The translations under genes and the position numbers were made by a program. The notes beneath the pieces were generated by a model. It was not told where the DNA came from. It saw only the letters and a program-made list of their open reading frames with translations, and made no database searches. Of a stretch of DNA of 64,000 nt, positions 55,491-64,000 are shown piece by piece. Source of the stretch: Escherichia coli (GTDB taxonomy: Bacteria > Pseudomonadota > Gammaproteobacteria > Enterobacterales > Enterobacteriaceae); the NCBI RefSeq assembly GCF_003018255.1, contig NZ_CP027440.1. The stretch is one strand, 5' to 3'. Each line of letters begins with the position of its first letter. Position 1 is the stretch's first letter.

Positions 55491-56420
55491 CTACGCCGTT
55501 GGAGGTAGCCACGGACGTCCCAGCGCCGATCCCTGTACGCCATGTTCATTCAGATAACGATCCAGCTCGACCATTCCCGTCCATCGATTTTCGCACCACA
55601 GCGGAGCAAGCAGCGTCGGGCGACGGGCGCTGGCGGAAATGCGGTGGTAGATCACTTCCGGTGGCGTATGGCGAATCATTTCTCCGGCAGTGAGCGTGTA
55701 ATCCTCCAGTTCAATTCCGTTCAAACGCCCCGCTTCCCAGGCTTTCGCCATAATACTGCCTTTCACAATATGCAGCGGATGCAGCTTTATGCCGTCCACG
55801 CCGGTTTCAACCACTCGCTCCAGCGTTTGCAAACATTCCGTCTGCCCTTCGCCAGGCAGGCCGACAATTAAGTGGGAACACACCTTCAGCCCGCGCTGAC
55901 GTGCCAGCTGGGTTGTACGCTGATAACAGGCAAAATCATGGCCGCGGTTGATGCGATGCAGCGTTTTGTCGTGGGCGGTTTGTAGCCCCAGCTCCAGCCA
56001 CACTTCGTAACCCTGGTCCTTATATTCGCAAAGCAGATCCAGCACCGCATCCGGCACGCAGTCCGGGCGGGTACCAACACACAAACCGACAATATTGGCC
56101 TGGCTCACCGCCTGCTGATACATAGAACGCAGCACCTGAACTTCCGCAAAGGTGCTGGTATACGCCTGAAAGTAGGCCAGATAGCGTTTAGCGCGGTTAA
56201 CTAAATTCGCCTGGTGCGCCAGTTGCTCGGCAATGGAACGATGCTGCTGCGCTTCATCGGCAAACGAGGCCACATTACAGAATGTGCAGCCACCACGCCC
56301 GATGGTACCGTCACGGTTAGGGCAGCTAAAACCGCCGTGCAGCGTCAGCTTATGCACCTTTTGCCCATAACGACGGGTGAGATCACCACCAAACATATTG
56401 ACTAATTTCTGTAACTGCAT
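55491..56420 (-). CDS. yhcC: Radical SAM family protein YhcC
   Basis: Track ORF 55491..56453 (TTG) trimmed to in-frame ATG (MQLQKLVNMFGG...), 309 aa; Cys cluster CPNRDG...CTFC. Confidence 0.9.
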   Translation of the reverse strand: MQLQKLVNMFGGDLTRRYGQKVHKLTLHGGFSCPNRDGTIGRGGCTFCNVASFADEAQQHRSIAEQLAHQANLVNRAKRYLAYFQAYTSTFAEVQVLRSMYQQAVSQANIVGLCVGTRPDCVPDAVLDLLCEYKDQGYEVWLELGLQTAHDKTLHRINRGHDFACYQRTTQLARQRGLKVCSHLIVGLPGEGQTECLQTLERVVETGVDGIKLHPLHIVKGSIMAKAWEAGRLNGIELEDYTLTAGEMIRHTPPEVIYHRISASARRPTLLAPLWCENRWTGMVELDRYLNEHGVQGSALGRPWLPPTA

Positions 56421-57094
56421 AATCTGATAGACCGCGCCTTGAAAAGAGGCCAAAGCCTGCCATTTTTAGCCCAATTCGGCGATGACCTGGATCAATCGTC
56501 CCGGCCTGCTTTTATCAACTGCATAATCAATCAAAATTACCGAAATTTCATGCACAATCACATAAATCACTTTTGCTTATCTTGTGTCAGATTTTTTTAT
56601 CTCCTTATGGATTTTAGGCAAAAACAGTAGCATGAAACGTTATTACCAATTAAGGCAGTATAAAATGCTGGTTTTCTCGTCAGTTCAAGGCAGGATAAGG
56701 GTTAACACGCCTTTATGACAGTCAGGAATTGGCTGTTTCTCTAACGACGCCCCTTTTAGCCTTAAATAGAAAATCCACTTTAATTTCAGCCAATTAATAA
56801 AGAATTTTGCGCTAAAGCACATTTCTGTACCAATAAGCTTGCCATTTGACCTGTATCAGCTTTCCCGATAAGTTGGAAATCCGCTGGAAGCTTTCTGGAT
56901 GAGCAGCCTGCTCATCATATTTATGCAGTAATTGAGATCCCCTCTTCACCGTATTAACCGATGCGAAAAGGACAACAAGGGGGCGAATGCGAGGCGCGCG
57001 TATGACACGCAAACCCCGTCGCCACGCTCTTTCTGTGCCCGTGCGCAGCGGTTCGGAAGTGGGGTTCCCGCAGAGCCTGGGGGAGGTTCACGAT

Positions 57095-60000
57095 ATGTTG
57101 TACGATAAATCCCTTGAGAGGGATAACTGTGGTTTCGGCCTGATCGCCCACATAGAAGGCGAACCTAGCCACAAGGTAGTGCGTACTGCAATACACGCAC
57201 TGGCCCGCATGCAGCACCGTGGCGCGATTCTCGCCGATGGTAAAACCGGTGACGGTTGCGGCTTGCTGTTACAAAAACCGGATCGCTTTTTTCGCATCGT
57301 TGCGCAGGAGCGCGGCTGGCGTTTAGCAAAAAACTACGCCGTCGGGATGCTCTTCCTGAATAAAGATCCTGAACTCGCCGCTGCCGCACGCCGCATCGTT
57401 GAAGAAGAGCTGCAACGCGAAACGTTGTCGATTGTGGGCTGGCGTGATGTCCCCACTAACGAAGGCGTGCTGGGTGAAATCGCCCTCTCCTCTCTGCCAC
57501 GCATTGAGCAAATTTTTGTGAACGCCCCGGCAGGCTGGCGTCCGCGCGATATGGAGCGCCGTCTGTTTATCGCCCGCCGCCGCATTGAAAAGCGTCTCGA
57601 AGCCGACAAAGACTTCTACGTCTGTAGCCTGTCGAATCTGGTCAATATTTATAAAGGTCTGTGTATGCCGGCGGATCTGCCGCGCTTCTACCTGGACCTC
57701 GCGGACCTGCGTCTGGAATCGGCTATCTGCCTGTTTCACCAGCGCTTTTCCACTAACACCGTACCGCGCTGGCCGCTGGCGCAGCCGTTCCGCTACCTCG
57801 CGCATAACGGTGAAATCAACACCATCACCGGTAACCGCCAATGGGCGCGTGCGCGTACCTATAAATTCCAGACGCCGCTGATCCCTGACCTGCACGACGC
57901 CGCGCCGTTCGTCAACGAAACCGGCTCTGACTCCAGTTCGATGGATAACATGCTGGAACTCCTGCTGGCAGGCGGGATGGATATCATCCGTGCCATGCGT
58001 CTGTTAGTGCCACCAGCCTGGCAGAACAACCCGGATATGGACCCGGAACTGCGTGCCTTCTTTGACTTTAACTCCATGCATATGGAGCCGTGGGATGGTC
58101 CGGCAGGGATCGTGATGTCCGATGGCCGTTTCGCCGCCTGTAACCTCGACCGTAACGGTCTGCGTCCGGCACGCTACGTCATCACCAAAGATAAACTGAT
58201 CACCTGCGCCTCTGAAGTCGGTATCTGGGATTATCAGCCTGACGAAGTGGTCGAAAAAGGCCGCGTAGGGCCAGGCGAACTGATGGTGATCGACACTCGC
58301 AGTGGGCGCATTCTACACTCGGCAGAAACCGATGATGACCTGAAAAGCCGCCATCCCTATAAAGAGTGGATGGAGAAAAACGTCCGCCGTCTGGTACCGT
58401 TTGAAGATCTGCCCGATGAAGAAGTGGGTAGCCGCGAACTGGACGACGACACGCTTGCCAGCTACCAGAAACAATTTAACTACAGCGCGGAAGAGCTGGA
58501 TTCGGTGATCCGCGTACTGGGTGAAAACGGTCAGGAAGCGGTCGGTTCGATGGGCGACGATACCCCATTCGCCGTGCTCTCCAGCCAGCCGCGCATTATT
58601 TACGACTACTTCCGCCAGCAGTTTGCTCAGGTAACCAACCCGCCAATCGACCCGCTGCGCGAAGCGCATGTTATGTCGCTCGCCACCAGTATCGGTCGTG
58701 AAATGAACGTCTTCTGTGAAGCAGAAGGCCAGGCGCACCGTTTAAGCTTTAAATCGCCGATTCTGCTCTATTCCGATTTCAAACAGCTCACGACGATGAA
58801 AGAGGATCACTACCGCGCAGATACGCTGGATATCACCTTTGACGTCACTAAAACCACGCTCGAAGCGACGGTGAAAGAGCTGTGCGACAAAGCCGAAAAA
58901 ATGGTACGTAGTGGCACCGTGCTGCTGGTGCTCTCCGACCGGAATATCGCTAAAGATCGCCTGCCGGTTCCGGCTCCGATGGCGGTTGGCGCGATCCAGA
59001 CCCGTCTTGTCGAGCAAAGCCTGCGTTGCGATGCCAACATCATCGTAGAAACCGCCAGCGCCCGTGATCCGCACCACTTCGCCGTGTTGCTGGGTTTCGG
59101 CGCGACGGCTATTTATCCATACCTTGCCTATGAAACGCTGGGCCGCCTGGTAGACACCCACGCGATTGCCAAAGATTATCGTACCGTGATGCTCAACTAT
59201 CGTAACGGCATCAACAAAGGCTTGTACAAAATCATGTCCAAAATGGGCATCTCCACCATCGCCTCTTACCGCTGCTCGAAACTGTTTGAAGCGGTCGGTC
59301 TGCACGATGATGTCGTGGGCCTGTGCTTCCAGGGGGCGGTTAGCCGCATTGGGGGGGCTAGCTTTGAAGACTTCCAGCAGGATCTGCTGAATCTGTCGAA
59401 ACGAGCCTGGCTGGCGCGTAAGCCTATCAGCCAGGGCGGCCTGCTGAAATACGTGCACGGTGGCGAATACCACGCCTACAATCCGGACGTGGTGCGCACG
59501 CTGCAACAGGCGGTACAGAGCGGCGAGTATAGCGACTATCAGGAATACGCGAAGCTGGTTAATGAGCGTCCGGCAACCACGCTACGCGATCTGCTGGCAA
59601 TTACGCCGGGTGAAAACGCGGTCAACATTGCTGATGTTGAACCGGCAAGCGAACTGTTTAAACGCTTCGATACCGCCGCGATGTCTATCGGCGCGTTAAG
59701 CCCGGAAGCCCACGAGGCGCTGGCGGAAGCGATGAACAGCATCGGCGGTAACTCAAACTCCGGCGAAGGCGGTGAAGACCCGGCGCGCTATGGCACTAAC
59801 AAAGTGTCGCGCATCAAGCAGGTGGCGTCCGGTCGCTTCGGCGTTACTCCGGCGTACCTGGTCAATGCCGACGTCATTCAGATAAAAGTCGCCCAGGGCG
59901 CGAAGCCGGGTGAAGGTGGTCAGTTACCGGGTGATAAAGTCACTCCTTACATTGCCAAACTGCGCTATTCGGTGCCGGGCGTGACGCTGATCTCCCCGCC

Positions 60001-61555
60001 GCCGCACCACGATATCTACTCTATTGAGGATTTAGCGCAGCTGATTTTCGACCTCAAGCAGGTTAACCCGAAAGCGATGATCTCCGTGAAGCTGGTTTCC
60101 GAACCGGGCGTAGGCACCATCGCGACTGGCGTGGCAAAAGCTTATGCCGATTTAATCACCATCGCAGGCTATGACGGCGGCACCGGCGCAAGTCCGCTTT
60201 CATCGGTGAAATACGCAGGCTGTCCGTGGGAGCTGGGGCTTGTTGAAACCCAACAGGCGCTGGTTGCCAACGGCTTGCGTCACAAGATCCGTTTGCAGGT
60301 CGATGGCGGCCTGAAAACGGGTGTCGATATCATCAAAGCAGCGATTCTTGGCGCGGAAAGTTTTGGCTTCGGCACTGGCCCGATGGTAGCGCTTGGCTGT
60401 AAATATCTGCGAATTTGCCACCTGAACAACTGCGCCACGGGTGTAGCAACTCAGGATGACAAACTGCGTAAGAATCACTATCACGGCCTGCCGTTCAAAG
60501 TGACTAATTACTTTGAGTTTATCGCCCGTGAAACCCGCGAGCTGATGGCACAGCTGGGGGTAACGCGTCTGGTGGATCTGATTGGTCGCACCGACCTGCT
60601 GAAAGAGCTGGACGGTTTCACCGCCAAACAGCAGAAACTGGCACTGTCGAAGCTGCTGGAGACTGCTGAGCCGCATGCTGGTAAAGCGCTCTACTGCACC
60701 GAAAACAACCCGCCGTTTGATAACGGCCTGCTGAACGCGCAGTTGCTGCAACAGGCAAAACCGTTTGTCGATGAACGCCAGAGCAAAACCTTCTGGTTCG
60801 ATATCCGCAACACCGACCGTTCTGTCGGCGCATCGCTTTCAGGCTATATCGCCCAGACGCACGGCGATCAGGGGCTGGCTGCCGATCCTATCAAAGCGTA
60901 CTTCAACGGCACCGCAGGCCAGAGCTTCGGCGTGTGGAACGCGGGCGGCGTGGAACTGTACCTGACCGGTGATGCCAACGACTATGTCGGTAAAGGCATG
61001 GCGGGCGGCTTAATCGCCATTCGTCCTCCGGTTGGCTCAGCCTTCCGCAGCCATGAAGCGAGCATTATCGGCAACACCTGCCTGTATGGCGCGACCGGTG
61101 GTCGTCTGTATGCCGCAGGCCGCGCGGGTGAACGTTTCGGCGTGCGTAACTCCGGTGCTATCACCGTGGTAGAAGGCATTGGCGACAACGGCTGTGAATA
61201 TATGACGGGTGGTATCGTCTGTATTCTGGGTAAAACCGGCGTTAACTTCGGCGCAGGCATGACTGGCGGCTTCGCTTACGTTCTCGATGAAAGCGGCGAT
61301 TTCCGCAAACGCGTTAACCCGGAACTGGTCGAGGTCTTAAGCGTTGACGATCTGGCGATCCATGAAGAGCATCTGCGCGGTCTTATCACCGAGCATGTTC
61401 AGCATACCGGTTCTCAGCGCGGTGAAGAGATTCTGGCGAACTGGTCAACCTTCGCCACTAAATTTGCGCTGGTTAAACCGAAGTCCAGTGATGTAAAAGC
61501 ACTGCTGGGTCACCGTAGTCGTAGCGCAGCAGAGTTGCGCGTGCAGGCGCAGTAA
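57095..61555 (+). CDS. gltB: Glutamate synthase (NADPH) large subunit
   Basis: Track ORF 56987..61555; start set at ATG 57095 (MLYDKSLERDNCGFGLIA...) preceded by GGGGGAGG Shine-Dalgarno, 1486 aa; in-frame ATGs at 56987 and 57002 are alternatives. Confidence 0.95.
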   Translation: MLYDKSLERDNCGFGLIAHIEGEPSHKVVRTAIHALARMQHRGAILADGKTGDGCGLLLQKPDRFFRIVAQERGWRLAKNYAVGMLFLNKDPELAAAARRIVEEELQRETLSIVGWRDVPTNEGVLGEIALSSLPRIEQIFVNAPAGWRPRDMERRLFIARRRIEKRLEADKDFYVCSLSNLVNIYKGLCMPADLPRFYLDLADLRLESAICLFHQRFSTNTVPRWPLAQPFRYLAHNGEINTITGNRQWARARTYKFQTPLIPDLHDAAPFVNETGSDSSSMDNMLELLLAGGMDIIRAMRLLVPPAWQNNPDMDPELRAFFDFNSMHMEPWDGPAGIVMSDGRFAACNLDRNGLRPARYVITKDKLITCASEVGIWDYQPDEVVEKGRVGPGELMVIDTRSGRILHSAETDDDLKSRHPYKEWMEKNVRRLVPFEDLPDEEVGSRELDDDTLASYQKQFNYSAEELDSVIRVLGENGQEAVGSMGDDTPFAVLSSQPRIIYDYFRQQFAQVTNPPIDPLREAHVMSLATSIGREMNVFCEAEGQAHRLSFKSPILLYSDFKQLTTMKEDHYRADTLDITFDVTKTTLEATVKELCDKAEKMVRSGTVLLVLSDRNIAKDRLPVPAPMAVGAIQTRLVEQSLRCDANIIVETASARDPHHFAVLLGFGATAIYPYLAYETLGRLVDTHAIAKDYRTVMLNYRNGINKGLYKIMSKMGISTIASYRCSKLFEAVGLHDDVVGLCFQGAVSRIGGASFEDFQQDLLNLSKRAWLARKPISQGGLLKYVHGGEYHAYNPDVVRTLQQAVQSGEYSDYQEYAKLVNERPATTLRDLLAITPGENAVNIADVEPASELFKRFDTAAMSIGALSPEAHEALAEAMNSIGGNSNSGEGGEDPARYGTNKVSRIKQVASGRFGVTPAYLVNADVIQIKVAQGAKPGEGGQLPGDKVTPYIAKLRYSVPGVTLISPPPHHDIYSIEDLAQLIFDLKQVNPKAMISVKLVSEPGVGTIATGVAKAYADLITIAGYDGGTGASPLSSVKYAGCPWELGLVETQQALVANGLRHKIRLQVDGGLKTGVDIIKAAILGAESFGFGTGPMVALGCKYLRICHLNNCATGVATQDDKLRKNHYHGLPFKVTNYFEFIARETRELMAQLGVTRLVDLIGRTDLLKELDGFTAKQQKLALSKLLETAEPHAGKALYCTENNPPFDNGLLNAQLLQQAKPFVDERQSKTFWFDIRNTDRSVGASLSGYIAQTHGDQGLAADPIKAYFNGTAGQSFGVWNAGGVELYLTGDANDYVGKGMAGGLIAIRPPVGSAFRSHEASIIGNTCLYGATGGRLYAAGRAGERFGVRNSGAITVVEGIGDNGCEYMTGGIVCILGKTGVNFGAGMTGGFAYVLDESGDFRKRVNPELVEVLSVDDLAIHEEHLRGLITEHVQHTGSQRGEEILANWSTFATKFALVKPKSSDVKALLGHRSRSAAELRVQAQ

Positions 61556-62986
<1,431 letters not shown>

Positions 62987-63168
62987 GCCTGTCCCAGCGC
63001 CGCCTCCTCAGAAAAGAGTCGGCGCTGAAATTCTCCTTTCTTTCTGGAAAGCGCCTCGCATAATCTGAAGAAAACCAATGTAATACGCTCATCTGGATTG
63101 TTACCGGTAGATGCCCGGCGTATAGCTGATTCCATTATTCAACGCAGCGCCATATAAAGGGACAGATA

Positions 63169-64000
63169 ATGGAATCGCTCTCAGAGAGAACCTCAACAGG
63201 CTACCAGCAAATCCACGACGGTATTATTCACCTGGTCGATAGCGCCCGGACGGAAACGGTACGTAGCGTTAACGCGCTGATGACCGCGACATACTGGGAA
63301 ATTGGCCGACGAATTGTCGAATTTGAACAAGGTGGCGAGGCCAGGGCTGCGTATGGTGCGCAGCTAATCAAGCGACTATCAAAGGATTTAAGTCTAAGGT
63401 ATAAGCGTGGGTTCTCTGCAAAAAACTTACGCCAAATGAGGCTTTTTTACCTCTTTTTTCAACATGTTGAAATTCGCCAGACAGTGTCTGGCGAATTAAC
63501 ACCATTGGGAATTCCGCAGACACCATCTGCAGAATTCCCATCGGCAAAGATTTGGCAGACGCTGTCTGCCAAATCTTTCCCCCTGCCCTGGTCCACCTAC
63601 GTCCGTTTACTTTCCGTTAAAAACCCTGATGCCCGCAGCTTTTATGAAAAAGAGACGCTCCGCTGTGGTTGGTCTGTCCGCCAGCTAGAGCGGCAAATTA
63701 CGACCCAATTTTATGAGCGAACACTACTGTCACATGACAAATCAGCCATGCTGCAACAACACGCTCCTGCCGAGATGCATATTCTTCCGCAACAGGCGAT
63801 ACGCGATCCCTTTGTGCTCGAATTTCTGGAGTTGAAAGATGAATACTCAGAATCTGATTTTGAGGAGGCGCTGATCAACCACCTGATGGATTTCATGCTG
63901 GAACTTGGGGATGATTTTGCCTTTGTTGGTCGGCAGCGAAGGTTACGCATTGATGACAACTGGTTTCGGGTCGATCTGCTGTTTTTCCACCGCCGTTTAC
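63169..64000 (+). CDS. DUF1016/YhcG-like PDDEXK-nuclease-family protein (partial; 3' end beyond window)
   Basis: Own translation from ATG about 63169, open to window end: MESLSERTSTGYQQIHDGIIHLVDSARTETVRSVNALMTATYWEIGRRIVEFEQGGEARAAYGAQLIKRLS...PWSTYVRLLSV...IRDPFVLEFLELKDEYSESDFEEALINHLMDFMLELGDDFAFVGRQRRLRIDDNWFRVDLLFFHRRL; absent from track because it has no stop in the window. Confidence 0.7.
   Translation, partial: MESLSERTSTGYQQIHDGIIHLVDSARTETVRSVNALMTATYWEIGRRIVEFEQGGEARAAYGAQLIKRLSKDLSLRYKRGFSAKNLRQMRLFYLFFQHVEIRQTVSGELTPLGIPQTPSAEFPSAKIWQTLSAKSFPLPWSTYVRLLSVKNPDARSFYEKETLRCGWSVRQLERQITTQFYERTLLSHDKSAMLQQHAPAEMHILPQQAIRDPFVLEFLELKDEYSESDFEEALINHLMDFMLELGDDFAFVGRQRRLRIDDNWFRVDLLFFHRRL
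63471..63577 (+). repeat. Three consecutive hairpin-forming palindromic units inside the DUF1016 coding sequence
   Basis: aattcgccagaca-g-tgtctggcgaatt (perfect 13-bp arms); ggaattccgcagac-acc-atctgcagaattcc (14-bp arms, 2 mismatches); aagatttggcagac-gct-gtctgccaaatctt (perfect 14-bp arms); coordinates approximate. Confidence 0.8.

Noticed and set aside
56330-56460. Apparent 1-nt disagreement between my line-based reading and the track frame inside yhcC
   Set aside because: The track shows an intact 320-codon ORF, so I attribute the discrepancy to my own transcription of the lines rather than a real frameshift. Track coordinates were used for CDS, and line-counted positions are flagged as approximate.
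56987-57094. gltB starting at ATG 56987 or 57002 (longer propeptide)
   Set aside because: The ATG at 57095 has the strongest Shine-Dalgarno (GGGGGAGG) and yields the 1486-aa product I recall. The upstream starts cannot be excluded and are kept as alternatives.

Overview
This window reads as a conserved Enterobacteriaceae (Escherichia coli-type) core chromosomal segment running yraQ-yraR-yhbOPQS-ubiTUV-yhbW-mtr-deaD-nlpI-pnp-rpsO-truB-rbfA-infB-nusA-rimP-metY-argG-yhbX-leuU-secG-glmM-folP-ftsH-rlmE-yhbY-greA-dacB-obgE-yhbE-rpmA-rplU-ispB-sfsB-murA-ibaG-mlaBCDEF-yrbG-kdsDC-lptCAB-rpoN-hpf-ptsN-rapZ-npr-yrbL-mtgA-elbB-arcB-yhcC-gltBD, ending in a partial DUF1016 (YhcG-like) gene. About 67 protein genes, 2 tRNAs (fMet, Leu), at least one well-supported sRNA (ArcZ), REP/BIME repeats and many intrinsic terminators are supported. 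Gene calls come from the six-frame track, trimmed to internal start codons where the N-terminus of a recognised protein shows the track start is an upstream extension. I do not see convincing evidence for a novel multi-gene system (no defence island, prophage, integrase, CRISPR or toxin-antitoxin pair): this is an ordinary housekeeping region. The points most worth a second look are: (1) three consecutive hairpin-forming palindromes embedded in-frame in the DUF1016 gene at the window end; (2) that DUF1016 gene sitting directly after gltD, where I recall gltF and a yhc fimbrial cluster in K-12; (3) a 9-nt homopolymer at the mlaD start that puts the ATG out of frame; (4) a 14-bp inverted repeat spanning the ubiV-yhbW intergenic region; (5) AT-rich yhbX wedged between the argG 3' end and the leuU tRNA. 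Coordinates placed by counting from line labels (RNA genes, hairpins, motifs) may be off by 1-2 nt; CDS coordinates are anchored to the track.
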